DNA from: Blasia pusilla
Lineage: Eukaryota
Reading direction: 5' to 3'
DNA length: 64,000 nt
NCBI GenBank assembly: GCA_050084515.1
Contig: CM114271.1
Coordinates: forward strand, 2,046,001 to 2,110,000
Both the position numbers and the translations under genes were made by a program. The notes under the pieces are model-generated. The model was not told the origin of the DNA and searched no databases. It saw nothing but the letters and a program-made list of their open reading frames with translations. This document shows positions 25,621 through 39,500 of the stretch, piece by piece. Positions within the stretch are counted from its first letter, which is position 1, and each line of letters begins with the position of its first letter.

Positions 25621-27953
25621 AATGTTAGTATTTAAAATAAGTTCTCTAGGGTCAAGCGGAGTTCTTTGGTGACGTGTTGCACATTATGCCAAGTTGCTGA
25701 CATTGTTTCCAACGTGCTTCTTTACAGATGGACCACTCCTATGTTTACTGCTTCGTTCGGCCCGAGCACAACTTCCAGGTGTTCAAGATCCAGGATCCTG
25801 TGGATCCATGCTCAGATGGGTACAACTTAGATAGTTTATACAATTCCCCCCCGGGAATTTACATGCAAGACGGTACCCCACTTCTTGAAGGGAAAAGTCG
25901 CCAGCCCTGATGCAAATGCTCATAGAGCTCTGCTCAAGGCCGGGTGACTTTGTGTTCGACTTAGTGGGCCTTTCAGGGGCGAGTATCAAAGGCGCCTGGC
26001 ATAGTGGCAGGAACATTCTCTTCTCTGCCTCGAGGGAAGGCAGGAATTGTTTGACCTTTGCAAGGAGGAAAAGGTAGATTACGACAGGCTCGTTGGGGCG
26101 TACAACTCTCCACCAAAGCCGAGAGCTCCGGTTCCATACCCACCATTGGTAGTGACACCATTGTCACTTCCAACGATTCCCAAAATCGAGAGGGCAAGGC
26201 CGAAAGTAATTTTGCAAGAGCTCTCGGACGATGACGAGTGAGTTCAAAGAACTCAAGGACCCAGCTTGACCGCAGCGTTTGGAGTAGGGAGTTATTTGAT
26301 GATGAGGCAAAAGATTTCATAGAATAGATCAAATGTACAGTTCCGAGCTTCTTTTGGATGTAATAAAGGAGAAGATTTTTTTGAACGATGGTGGTATTTC
26401 TAAAAGTTTTCTGAATATCTTTTATGTCTTTTCGAATGTGATCTTCTATGTACTCCGCGGACTTCTATTTTGCAACCCGTTGGATTTCCACGTCTTGAAA
26501 CTTTTCACTTTTTGACCACTGCACCTTTTTAACCACTTCCAGGCAACCTGTCGGATTCCGACAGGTTTCCTGATCGGACTCTTTCCCTGTTGGTCCAACT
26601 TAAGAGGCAATCTGGCAGGCTTCTTCACTTTGGCACCTTCCCCTAGTATCGTAAAAGAAGGCGTAGGCTTCTTTTCTTCTCTCAGACATGTTGGATTCCT
26701 AGTACCTGTGGGATTGCCATCATGGTATTACCAAGGACAGAGCACATATTGATACTGAATGGGTGTCACATTGCAGAGCGTACAAGATATACTGCCGAGG
26801 AAGGCGGTGGGACTCAAATCAGGTTACATGGGACCGTTATGGTGTACCTAGGGGGGCAAGGCTCTCGAATTCACCAAAATTTTCAATCCCCGTCTACAAT
26901 CGGCCAGAGGAGCCACTTGTATCCCAGGACATTCCTTTTGTATAGGAACCTAGGAGAGTTAGGAGTAAATTTGTAGATGACGAGGCTGAAGAAATCATAG
27001 ACTAGGTCAAATGTACATTTCCGAGGTTCCTTTGGAGGTAATAAAGGACGAGATTTTTTCAACCGATAATGGTGTTTGTAAAATTTTTCTGGAAATGTTT
27101 TTTGGACTTGTGGATTGTGTTCTTTTAGCTACTCAGAATTACAATTTTGCAACCCGTATGATTCCGACGGGTTGCAACTTTAAGCTTTTTTCCCACTGCA
27201 ACTTTCTAACCATTTCCAAGCAAGCTGTCGGATTCCGACAGGTTGGCTGCTTTAGTGATCGGACTCTTTCCCTGTGAGACCAACTTCTGATGCATTGTGG
27301 CGGGCTTCTTAACTTTTGGCTCGTTCCCCTACATTCGTCAAACCAGTTGTAGGCTTCTTTTCTTGTCTAAGATGTGCAGGATTCCTACTACCTGTCGGAT
27401 TGCCATTTTGGATTCCCAACCCGTTGGATTTTCGTGGGTGCAGGGTGGAAGGGAATCACTTATCGAAATCTTTCCTTTCTTATGGTGAGTTTGCTTGCAA
27501 GGGGTGCAAGCCATCTGATTCCGATGGGTTGCAAGAGTTGGAGGCCCCCAAGAGTTGCAACCTGAAAAATTCCGACGGGTTGGGAGGATCTGAATGAATC
27601 GACATCACTTCCTCTTTACTCCAGACAACTAACAATATTTTGGTTCAATTATCGTATCATGTGTTCACATTTCACAAAGTTGGTCTTGAGCAAACACCAC
27701 TCATAACCAACAGTAAGTTGGTTATGAGGCAATTCAGGGAAGGCCATGATGCAGGCAACAATCCCTGCAAAAAGAGAGGTTGCCATCGTACTGATGCGCA
27801 TCCGGGTGGTGCTCCAACAAAAATACCCATGGGCACTGCTTATTGTAGACCGAGACAGGAAATGTTAAGAAACTTAGGCTCACATGGAGAGTGGTGGAAA
27901 AATGTTTGTAGTGGTCTTGTGATGTCTACTTTTTTTTCGCCCCCTGGAAAAGG

Positions 27954-30074
27954 CGTGAGGCTGGGATGGCTGCTCAAATACAGTAGCTACAACAGCAGAT
28001 TGTAGCTATGGCATTGAGGTTACCCAATGCCGGATCCATGGCATCGACGTCTTATGGAGCCGCTAGAGATATGGAGGATCCTGGTTGGATAAGCGGGGTT
28101 GCCCCAATGGAGGCCGCCGTAGATGTTACGTGTGGAGCAGTCGCAGAGTTGGATCCACAGCGAGGAGAAGCCAGGAAATAGACCAGGCTTCTTCAGTCCT
28201 TCACGTTGTCCGAGGCGATGAGGACCCCATCAATGGGTCCTGATCAGAGTTCCTCGAGAGTTGGTGATGTTTTTGGTGTGTAGGCATGGAGGGCGATGGG
28301 AGAAGCAAGTGCAATGATTCCTATTGCTGATGCTGAGGAGGAGCATGTGTCGAGCACATTGTTGGGGGCGGCCACCGTTGTGTCGTGCGCTCCTTTATTT
28401 TCTGCTTCCAATGTTATAGCTTTGGGAGGTATGCCCCTCAAGGTTTCTGGTTGGCCGCTATACTATGTGAGCGTAGAGTTGGAGTTTCTCCATCACGTTT
28501 AGAGGTGATTGTAGAGGAGGTGATGGACCTGCCCTTGGAGCGGATGCTCGGGCTGTTCACGTCAGATTCATGGTAGGCTGCAACTGCTAGGATGGCGGAG
28601 ATGCCAATTAGACCCGCGATAGAGCGTGCCATGGCTTCTCCTAGTGTTGTGTTGTTGGGTAACCGGGGAGAGGTCTTGCAGTTGGTGAGTCCCGGAGGTA
28701 GAGCTTTTAGTCCACTGTGCGTCTTGTTGGATTCAGGAGCGCAACCCCTGATGTTGGGGAAAGCGTCATTCAGAGGATTGGGCTTGACGAGAGCCAATGT
28801 GGAGCATTTTCCATTCCAGATATAGACATCCTTGGGTGGAGCGAGTACCACCCAATATATCATCCGAGAGGAGGTCGTGGTGAGGATTTTCCCAAGACAT
28901 CCTACGGATGAGTCTGTGGTGCGAGCCAAGGCGATAGTGACTGATGAAGAGTCCTATGACGTCTTGGTTGATGGTGTAGTGTTATATCCGATTGGGGTTT
29001 TTCCTGGATTACTGGGAGGATTCAGCGTCCTACAAACTAGGTAGGCAATCAAGTAATGGGCGCCTTAGCTCATTACCCATTCGATTCATAGGTGTAGTGA
29101 TCGAGCGAGGTCGAGGAGAGATGGTGACCTTAGCAGCATTTAGCAGCCTCATCACTTGGCCTAGAGATTTGATTAAGGGACATGTCCATGCAAAGGATAC
29201 TCCCATTCCTAACATTTCTATGGAGAGGAGTGTCATGGTAGCCCCATCAGTCCGTGGAGGAGATGTGTCGCTTTGGGGGCCGACTGAGGAGCTTCGACGC
29301 TTAGCCACTAAGCATGTGCAGACCGCGTGGAGCAAGATGTTTGCACCAGAGTGTGAATGGGTCAAAGGAACGTGAGGTACCTAGGAATGCTGCTATAACC
29401 CCTTTGGACACCACCCCGATTGTGTGTTGCATCCCAGAGGAGGGTATTTGGGTGTTGGATCTCTTTGGAGGGATCATCACTGGGTTAGCTGTTGTTTTGC
29501 AAGCTGGAGTGCGCATGCAGCAATACCTGTATGCGGAGATTGATGATGTTGCGAAACGCGCTTCACTTCACCATGTGGCGCAGTTATGCCTCTATTTCCT
29601 CGACTTGTTATCTGTGTCCGCCATTCAGGGTTACCAAAGTTCGCTACCGAGGGACATTTCATTGTTGGGGGCGCAGGACTTGGAGCGGGTAGGGACTATA
29701 GACTTGGTCATTGTTGGTTGGCCATGTCACGGCCTGTCGAGTGTTGGACGGGATAGCGGATTAGCTGACTCTCGCTCCAAGTTGTTTTGGGAGATGATGC
29801 GGATCTTGCAACACTTGCAAAAGCATCAGTCTTGTCCTCCAGCATACATTCTGGAGAATGTATCGATTTTGGGTGATTTGAGGCCCTTTGTGGTGACAAG
29901 TGCCCATTTGATGCACGTATGGATCGGCCTGGTAGTTTTTTTGGATGCGGTGAGTGTGGGTTCACAAGCACATTGCCCGTGTGTGTGGTGGACCAACTTG
30001 GTGCCACATGAGGTGTTACGGAGGGCTTATGCGAGAGTGGAGCGTCCCTCTGATTTTTTGGTGGATTCTATATT
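27954..30074 (+). mobile_element. Ty3/gypsy D fragment: gag tail, protease, C5 DNA methyltransferase
   Basis: VLLDSGAQP protease followed by MTase; homologous to 48350-49590 and to the minus strand of 56400-58500. Confidence 0.88.
29380..30074 (+). pseudogene. DNMT3-like C5-cytosine methyltransferase domain in gypsy D, truncated at the 3' end by an LTR junction
   Basis: Motif I VLDLFGGI, II YAEID, IV DLVIVGWPC, VI ILENV, VIII-like GSQAHCPCVWWTN. Confidence 0.88.
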
Positions 30075-31033
30075 TGTCGTATGCCTACTCTCCTTGAGCG
30101 TCAATCTTAGTGTTGCAGAAGCGTACGTTCAGTAGGTCATGCTCTCATTGCCAACTTGCACCCAAACGCACTCATGTTAGTCTAGCTTTGGGTCAAGCGG
30201 CCTCCCAACCCACCGAGTGCTCAACTCAGCATCTCTCATTCCTAGGTTCCCAACACGGGCAAGTCTTCCGAGACTTGGGACAGACTTTTTGGTTAGTCCA
30301 GGTACCTGAAATGGCGTTTGCACGCCTAACAGTCCCAACTTTCCAACAGACCTCGCATGAGCCCTAATCAAGACTCAATGATATGAGTCACAAGTTGGAA
30401 TCCAATCAGGATCTCTGAAATGCCTCTATTAAACTTGGTTTGGGTTTTGAATCCCAACACCAAACTCTTGATCTGTTCCGTGCCCTTGAGTTGCCCCACG
30501 GCGCCCAAAGTGGGGTTCAAGTCCCAAGCACTCTTGGAGACCTTCCCCCTTACTTGTACTTCTACGAAACTCAGGGGTCCCCCCATCTTTGGAAAAGACC
30601 ACCCGAGCCCCTCTTTTTTGCCCTCAACCCGACTCCTCTTACATTTTGTTTTGGCCCATTTCTCAACCGTTGCGCAAGAGTTTGCAAAGATCTTTCGTGC
30701 GTTGAAACCGACTTGGCATAATATTTCCAACGCTACCTTACTTGTGCCAAACACATCTTGGGACTCAAATTTATGGTCAAAACTACAATTGGAAACTCCC
30801 AACACTGCCCGCGTCTCAAGTTCGGTTTTCACCCCTTGGCCGCGTCTCATCCAAGATTTGATTCCTCTCAAGTCCAAGTTCCGCATTTGGTTTCGGTTTC
30901 TTGGTTGCGACCATAAACGCATGAAACACTCAAAATGCGCATCTCGCCCTTATGTTGCCTTAACTCCAAAGCGCAAACCATCCTAGCGTGAGCTCGCTAG
31001 AGTTTTCGCTTGGTGCTTGTTTGGTTATGAGGG
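30075..31033 (-). repeat. Remainder of the chromovirus 3' LTR, inverted
   Basis: On the minus strand it begins with TSD CCCTCATAA and ends ...ATACGACA, the inverted match to the LTR start TGTCGT at 12233. Confidence 0.8.
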
Positions 31034-31447
31034 GAGGTGCGGTAAGAGGAGAGGAAGAGAGGAGAGAGGAGAGAGGAAACTACCTTCAACCCAAAGAGAT
31101 AATTTTTTTTAAGAGAGTTTCCTTTGATTTGAAGAGAGTTTCCGTTGGGTTGAAGAGAGGAAACTTTTTGTGTGATTTTTTTTGCACGTTTCTTCTCAAT
31201 TCTTAAGCACTCCCACAAATTTTTTCCCCTCTTCCACATTTTAGCAACCCATGTGAGTCCGACGAGTTGCAAATTGCACAAAGTTTAGAAAACTGAAAAA
31301 TCAGTGGAATCATAAGTGTGGAACCAATCACTTTTTCTATCCAAGGTCTGGAAAAAATCTCTCATTTGCCTTGGGCTGAATAGAGTTCAAGCTCAAAGTG
31401 AAGGTTTTGGAAAATGAAAGTACGATATAAAACCTCATTTTGCATCC

Positions 31448-34400
31448 TCAAAGTGGTTTGTTTAGAATACTTCGCACTTCTTTGAGGGACAGAATTGGTT
31501 GGTGGATTCCTACTCCTACCTCCGACTCTCTTAAAATTACAAGCAACATATAGTACATGTACTTACAAGGGAAATACCTTTTGCCACTTGTCTCTCTTTG
31601 GACAAAGTCATCACATTAACATGTGGGAAAGCAACAGATGTGCACCACATACACCCTTGTGACACTTGAATTTACAATGTTGTTCCTGACCCAATACATC
31701 CTTCCGATTCCATTGCCACAAGGGACATCTTTTGTGGCGATGATCTCCATTTTTGCCTCTCGAGCTGATGCAATTCGCTTTGCTCTCTCCACCGTTAGCC
31801 TACACATTGTGTTTCTCTTCACCCCATTTCTAGACTCAAACAAAAATAGTGGATTGAGATCATCCACCTTCTCCGAGTACATGTTGACATCAATCTTGGG
31901 TTGGATACGAAATGCAAAGGTCTCTCTAATGCGAACATGCTTTGAACTTCCTCCGTTTACCAGTCTGAAACCGGCACTTGTAAGATTTTCCACTTCGTCT
32001 TGAGTGCAATTTGTACCTACTGCAATGGGCCAAATCGTGGGGGTATTCCCCGGAGCTCCAATGGCAGCCAGATAAGACTTCTGGAAAGCGCGAGTTTCAT
32101 TTGGGCAGAAGAAGTACTTCAATTGATCCCCGTTCCTCATGAAAGAATCAAAGGTTTTGAGTCCCCAAAACCCAGGCAGTGGTCGTACAGTCCTTGTATT
32201 GTTCTTATTTAGGAAAGTGCCGCATGCTCTCCTAATACCATCAGATCCTGCCCTGCAAGTGGGTCCACGTCTAGGGTTCCTCTGAGATATATGCCACCGT
32301 TTCAGGTTGCAATCCACCTCCATGACCGGAATCCCATATTGTTGAACCACCCCAGCGATCAGATGTTGCGAACTTCCAGCAATAGAGGGCTTTTGAAATA
32401 AAACATTCGCTGATTTTGGAGAAGTTACTCCATTACAGATTTGGGAGCAATCCGGGGTCCCCAAATACCTGGGCGGCGTAATTTCCTCATCCAAATCAAT
32501 CACCGGAATCATTCCTCGATGCTGCCTCTTCACTTGCATGAAGTCAAGATACTTATCTGGTCTCCATGAGTCTCGCTCGGACTGCTCTACCACCATCTGT
32601 ATAGGACGTCTAGAAACGTATCCACAAATATTCCCACCAATATGTATATCTTGCTCGAGGGGAGTTCCTGCTACGCACCGGTTAAAGGCTTCCACATAGA
32701 GTTTCTCATCACCAGATCTCACAGCTGCCCTGACATAGAGCTCGTAGATTAAAGGCCCCCTTCCTTTTGTTATGCCTTTTGTGAGGAAGATATGGGATGC
32801 TGCAGACTGTAGCATTGCTCTTGCTTGGTCTTGTTGGCATGCCTCCACAAGTGAAATTCTTTGGCATGCTTGTGACGACCTCAAGGAGGAATGAACACTT
32901 TTCGCTCCACTTGTGTTGGGGCAGAGGGCATTTTCATGAATATTCAATCCCTGCAAGAACCCCAATGTGAGAAGGGAACAAAAATAACTCAAAAGTCAAA
33001 GAAATAAGTTCCCTGTCAGAACCAGACGGGTTGCAAGGCCGAGGCATCCCATGAACGACTCTGCGACCTGTCGGTTCCTGACGTGTTGCAACACCCAAGA
33101 ACCACAAGTTGGTTGGTTTTTTCGGTTTGAAATCCCTATAGTGCCCACGCTTCTCAACTTTAGTTGCAACTCTTCAAACAATTTTCAGCGTGAGCTTGAC
33201 GAGACAAATTAGTGAACTTACCTCCCGCATGAAGTTTCCCCATTGTCTCATTCGTATAGTCCACCAACTCAGCCAAGAGCATAACTCTTTGTACTTCCCC
33301 TCAATCGCATGTTTCCTCCACCACCCATGAAGTTCTTCTTGGCATTCCATGATCTGTTTCAAGGTTTTGCTGTCCTTGCAGCGTTGGAGTAGAGTGACAT
33401 GCTCTGTCCTCTTATTCTCCTTGATGCAAGATTTGGTGTACCGGGTCACACACTGTTGCCAATGGAAAACATCCGACCTTTCCCTCTCCGGTTGAACCTC
33501 TCCACTCCATAACATTTCCCTGATAGCAATCCACCTAAGTTGTGCATTGTCCGCCATGAACCCATAAATTTCCGGAGGTGGCCTTTTGTTTTCCTTCACC
33601 ACCTCCAATAACCCTAACCAGCACATCTTCAAACTGCCAACGTCATCTGCTTTTACTTCACAGAAAAATATAGTTTTGAGTCCCTTCTCCACATGGTCAT
33701 AAACGTGAGCACCCATTGTCAACCATGCATTTTGCACTCTGAAGCAAATATCAAAGCTTACCCAGCTGCCGTAAAGATCTTCCCCTTCCCTCATTCGATC
33801 TATAAGATCGAGGCCACTCGACACACCTGTCGTTGATATTTTTAAGACGTAGGCCCTGGATCGTTTGCCTCATTGGCCCATGAACTTCCATCTCTAAATG
33901 AATGGAGTTGGCCTTGATTCTGGCAATGGAATCCATTTCGGCCGTATTTCCATCTTGTACCCGTATTTGATGCAGCAAATTCCGAAAGCATTCAGGATCA
34001 GCGAGAAATGTGAGATTTTCCTTGAGTTGTTTCTCCTCAGTAGCCGTGATCTCGCCTTGTCCAGGGATTCCAAGCAGTTGTTCACAAATTTGTGATGTTG
34101 TTGTTAACTTGACCACTTTGGGCTTTGAACGCGGAGAGTTCTGTAGACCTCGGCCACTTTCTTCGCCACATCTCTGAATTGCATCGGTCACAGGATGAGT
34201 GTGAGAGCCAACATGAAATGCCAGCCTTATGTACTCTGACGTGGAAACCCAAGTCGTGTACAATGAAAAATATGTATGCAGGACACGCTCCAACACAGAA
34301 AGGGGATGCCTGACAATGAGGACATCAATGGCCTCCCGGTGGTATGGTGGCACAGACCTCATATGGAGTTTCTGCATTCTTGGGGGGAACTTGCGACGTA

Positions 34401-35212
34401 TTGACTCGCTCGTTGCGGTCTAGATACGGGCATGCTGGACTTCTACACTCTAAGGCTCCAACGCATTGGCGGCGGGAGACAATCCAAGGACCATCTAGAA
34501 TTGAAGCACTAGTCCGTTGAAGCTTGCACCATCGATGAAAATCAGACTTTCTGTCCATACCCTTCAAGCGTCCTCCATCTATCTTTTGAGCAGGAGCAGC
34601 AAGTGGAGGCAACTCAAAAATGCAATTACCATCGTACGTGGGCGGCAACTCGTCGACAAGAATGTGCTTGAACATTTTCAAGGCGAGAGACGACAACAAA
34701 CTATTGCTTGATACTCGCAAGAGGAATGAGTAGGCGGAAAGAGGGCCCGGTTGGTGTCCGACAGATCCATTGAGGTTGACAACAGCCGGAATGTCTTCAG
34801 GAAGTACAACATTGTAATGAACGTGTGAAGTTGGATTTGATGCCGGATCTACTAAGCTAGGAGTTGCAAATGTAGAGCTTGGTGCGCTAGGAAATTCTCG
34901 ACCGTCTACCTCGGAAACTAAGGAATTCAGAGGCAAGCCGTAAACTCTATATTGACCATTTGCTAGAGGTAGGAGATTCCATACTTTACGGTCTCCAATC
35001 ACTGGCTGGATTTTCTCACCTATTATGTCCTCCGTACCATCCACCCTAACATCCTTGGACATAAAGATTGTTCCAATTTGGAGAAGAAATTGAACTGAGA
35101 GAAATTTTTCATCCATTGGTATGAAAGACTCACGAGCTTGCGGTCGAACGATTTCTGATTGAGGAAGGGCTGCTAGATGACTGCCACAAGTGAGCTTCAC
35201 ATAATTATCCAT
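31448..35212 (-). pseudogene. GCM-like/MULE DDE/SWIM transposase, copy A (exons 35212-33222 and 32950-31448)
   Basis: SFDICF, FMADNA, DVFHW; third catalytic residue E>K (GAKSVH); SWIM-like CFPTC*CDDF..PCKY; frameshifts. Confidence 0.82.
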
Positions 35213-36573
35213 TCCCAAAATATTCCACCGGGAGGAGACCGGAAATAAGAATGAGGATAAGAATGGGAATGGGAATGGGTATGAGAATGAGAATGAGAAT
35301 GTTTAATTTATAGTGAATAGGGACTCAAATTCTCCTGTTAGAATTTGACTGACAAGATGAAGTTTGGTAGGTGAGAATGTCTGACATCATGTATTCAATT
35401 TTTTTGCAACCTGTCGGAGTCCAATGGGTTGCAGAAATTGGGAATCACAGACGTGGGTTGCGAAGCACCCAGTTCCATTTTTTGTTTCGGTGTCCCAATG
35501 TAAGTTGGAACCTGTCGGAGTCCGTTGGAACCCGTCAGAGTCCCTTCTTGCCGACCAATGGTCTTTCGAGTCGATTTTGCTAGCATCAAACACCAGACAT
35601 CGCTTGCATTTGCTAAGGCAACCAATCGTTGGGGACTGTTACGCGATTGTCCAACTCAGGGTAGACCTTGTGACCCGTCGTATTGTAAGGGGTTGCCTCG
35701 GACTATGCGTTGTTGCATTGTTACCCGAGGGATAGAAAAGCGTGCAACCTGTCGGTAACCGACGGGTTGCTCAGGTTCCTAGCCTATTACCCCAAGATGA
35801 GGGAAGCGTGCAACCCCTCGGCCTCCGACGAGTTGCGCAGGTACCCCGCCTTGTTATCCCAAGATGAGGGAAGCGTGCAACCCGTCGGCCTCCGACAGGT
35901 TGCGCAAGTGCCTCACCTTGTAATGCTTCCATGAAGGAACCGTGCAACCCATCGGCCTCCGCCGAGTTGCGCAGGTACCCCACCTTGTTATCCCAAGACG
36001 AGGGACGCGTGCAACCCCCCGGTCTCCGACGGGTTGTGCGGGTACCTTGCGTTCTTGCCCGAAGACGGCGGAGGCGCGTAACCTATCGGTCTCCGACGGG
36101 TTTCCAGGATAGCTCGGCTTTTTAACCAGAGGAGGACAGATGCCTGCAACCCGCGAGAAGCGTGCAACCCGTCGGAGCCGTCGGGTTGGTGGTTTTCACG
36201 TCCACACTTCCATGATGGCCGACACGTCGCCGTCGAAACAACGGTGCGATCCAACGGTCAGCCCAACGGCTCGAAAAGTATAAATAGGCGAGGGTTCGCT
36301 CATTTCCGGTTTTTCGTTTCGTGATCTCGATTGCCCTTCCGCGCAGCTGCTGACCAGATACCAAGGGGCGCTTTATACGGCGACTCATCGCAAGACGATT
36401 CGAGCGAACGATCGCGAGACTATTCGAGCGACTCATCAAGGCGACTCATCATGACATCAGCAAGACGACTCATCAAGGCGACTCATCGTGACATCAACAA
36501 GACAACTCATCAAGGCGACTCATCGTGTACAAAAAGTAACTTTGTTGTCGAGGAGGAGGCATTTTCGGAAACA

Positions 36574-39500
36574 ATGACGAGGAAAAAATCTCAAGCAAGC
36601 AAGGTTGGGAGCTTCACTCCCAAATCCATGAGGACTCCTGCATCACCATCTCCAGGGCCTCGTTCGGCCAATGAGATAAGGCAACATGAGATCGAGGAGC
36701 GGGAAAGGGAAGCGGATATGCACAGGCAAGAGCTTCTTGCAAAACGTGTTATGGAGGCGCTCGAAAAACAGAACGCAGAGGCTGAGGCGTTGCAAGCCTT
36801 GAAGAAAAGGATCGCCGAGGAATAGCGTGAAAAGAAGCGTTGGTGAGGAGAACAAAATTGGCAAAAGCTTGAAGGGAAAAAGCGATTGCCATTGAAGAAA
36901 GCCCGCCCCGTCCAACCGAAAGTGTGGAGATGCAGGAAATGTCCCCGATGAAGTTTGGGGACACAATCAATATAAAATTGGATGAGGAAACGGCAGAAGT
37001 TCAAGTGACGAACGATGAGGTCATGAGGACCACCAACGTGGAGATGGTGGACATCTCTGAAGAAGCAGGATAGCAGTATTCCTTGTCTTTGAGCCCGGCG
37101 GAAGAAATCGACCTCTATTGGATCAACGAGTTTCCAGTGGACTTGCCAACTGCTGTCCCAGAGTAGTTGGCGGGCCATGACACCGACCCAATCTTTGAGC
37201 GGGTAAGAAACGATCTTGGATCTTCAAGTTATGTGAAGGCCCATGTTTCAATTCATTGGCAATTCAGTGTAGTTTATTGAATTTGTCCCCGTTGTGACAG
37301 TATTAAAGCAGATGGCACTAATGGAGGGCCAGAACGCCCCGAGAATTCCACTCTTCCAATTTCGGACAATGGAGTACGTCCGCGAAATTCAGTCTGACGA
37401 GGATATTGAGAAGCTGAAACAGTCGGCAGCGACAACATCCTATATCAACAGCTTCCCTCCATTCTATGTTCAGCATTACGATCAACATGGAATCCAAGCG
37501 TTGGTGACGGAGGAGGACTTAGAAGCGCTCGACACATTCTAGAGGATGAGAGATCAGGAATTCAGAAGAGCGATTGAGGGGACGGAATTCAGCTGGATGC
37601 GGAACCTCTATTTCTTCATTTGGGATGGAAACCACATGTTCATGGCGTGGACCTAGTTTGCAGAGGAGCGCCAAAATTCATTGGAGGCGCATTTTTGCGT
37701 GAAGGCAGTTGTGCTAAATCCATACCCTCATCACATGGCGACGGTGGAAATGGCCATGCATGCCATGAACACGTAAGTTTCCTCTTCCTTTTTTTTTTAT
37801 TGCTGCAAACCGTCTGACTCTGACAAGTTGTTTAACTAGTGGTAACAAAACATCGGATGCCTAAAAGCAACTCGTCGGAGTACGACGAGTTGCTTGACCG
37901 GCCACTATTTTTAGGATGTTTTTGGCCGAAAGCAACTCGTCGGACTCCAACGGGTTGCATTCGCCGCCACGGGTAGGTGATCGGAGTAGGGGAGCTTGAT
38001 TTTTAGCATCAAATTGTTGCTTTACTTGAAATTGCGCAACCAGTTGGACTCCGACATGTTCAGAGAGTGGTTTCAACCCGTCGGAGTCCGAGGAATTGTA
38101 ACCAGGAAATTACAAATCTGAATGCAATCCGTGGGACTCTGATAGGTTGCAATATTTAGCTCTTAGGTACCATTTCGACCATAAGGTGTAGCGACCTGTC
38201 GGAGTACGACATGTTGCAGGAACCGATGTAGCTTGCAAAAATTCTTATAGTGTGTTTGGATGTGCAGGATTGTATATGAGGGGAACGTCACCCACCACTG
38301 GATCCAGGATTGCGACCGGGTGAAGAAAGTGCTAGCGACGCACTCGGCAGAGTACAAGGGGTTCTTGGGCGATGCTCTTGTAAATGAGATGCTGGCGAAG
38401 GGGGCTCAAATAAAAAAAAAGACTTGGGCAAATACATTTATTTCCTAAGATGCAACCGTGACAATCCTTTGCTGGTCGAAGATACAGGCCGCCAAGAAGA
38501 GCGCTTCATTGGAGCTGGAGCGGAGGGAGAATGTGTCTGTGTCTGAGCATGCTAAGTTCATCCAAGCTTCAGTATCTGCAGCTACGAAGTACACTGCAAG
38601 CAAGATGCAACGCTACATCGCCATTCTCAACCCCGAACTTGGCCTCGATTTCTACAAGGAGCTGAAGGCGATAATCAAGTGCCAGTCGAAGAGGGATGAA
38701 GATCCGCAAGGTTGGATTGGGGAGAAAGTGTCTCTCGACCGCGTCCATAGATTTGCCTTGTCTGGAATTTTGGAATTTAGGAGAATCCGACTATGAAAAC
38801 CAGTCTCGAGGGCAGAGAGGCCCAAAAGAGGGCGGCACACCATCCTCCGGGTGTCTTTGATCCAGTGATCTCCCACTGGCTCCGTGAATGGTCATTCTGG
38901 GACGCGTTGCGGCTTCTCGGAAGTCCATGCTCGTGGGTCTCCAAGCGGAGCTGAAAAAAATAGAGCCTATTCTGGAGGAAGCAAACCTGGAGAGTGCTGA
39001 AGATTTTAAACTTTGGCTTGATGACATCCGGGACAAGCCCATGAAAAACCCAGGCTTCAGGATGATGTTCAAGGATCACATCCTCCCTCAAGCAGACTTG
39101 GATGAAGAAATAGAGGCGAAGAAAAGGGATTTCGCAAAGAAGAAGCGAGATCTTCAAGAGCAGGCGGCCGATGCATCTCGACAAAGAGCTGCCCAACGGA
39201 TGGTGTTCAGGTACCTCATCCATTGTAAGCATGCAGGTACCTGGCAAAAAGTACCGGTAGCCTGCAAATTGTGGGCTTCTCCGCCTCATGGAGAGGCATT
39301 TTCTATGTACGACATGGAGATGGCACAGGGCATGTCCGATAGGGAGGTTGACAATTGCCCAATCTGGTTGGACTTCAACGACCCTGAGGACATAACCGAG
39401 AAAAATCTACGCCTGGTCTATGATGCAGTGGCCGTAGGTAGGGACGACATCCCGAATTTTGTGCAGCCTGAAGACTTTTTTGAAGGAGATGCGGAGGAGC

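Larger units (their letters stand above)
20074..26241 (+). pseudogene. Four-exon ParB-like + N4C/N6A methyltransferase-like gene, copy B (exons ~20074-20703, 20802-21274, 22033-25276 with solo LTR inside, 25728-26241)
   Basis: Charged coiled-coil N-terminus; FFIWDGNHRFMAW (ParB/Srx-like); VDLLICDLP..WN..FSFADAYLSDRGCFLV; EKSPALMQMLIELCSRPGDFVFDLVGLSGASIKGAWHSGRNIL; GT-AG introns conserved with copy A (third donor mutated to AT here). Confidence 0.72.
15031..27953. mobile_element. Mutator-like element copy B (left ~0.9 kb deleted; terminal ~195 bp displaced to 40545-40739)
   Basis: Colinear with 31927-40308 and 60415-64000; two divergent genes; palindrome arrays. Confidence 0.88.

Noticed and set aside
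20802-26241. Bacterial or phage contamination or prophage, suggested by ParB and MTase motifs
   Set aside because: GT-AG introns conserved between copies and plant-type LTR insertions with TSDs inside and around it
12250-27953. A single element with >2 kb terminal inverted repeats
   Set aside because: The arms are right ends of two different nested copies; the TSD pairs 12241 with 31025, not with 27954
30368-30986. 184-188 aa ORFs on both strands
   Set aside because: Lie within the reconstructed LTR and show no recognisable motifs
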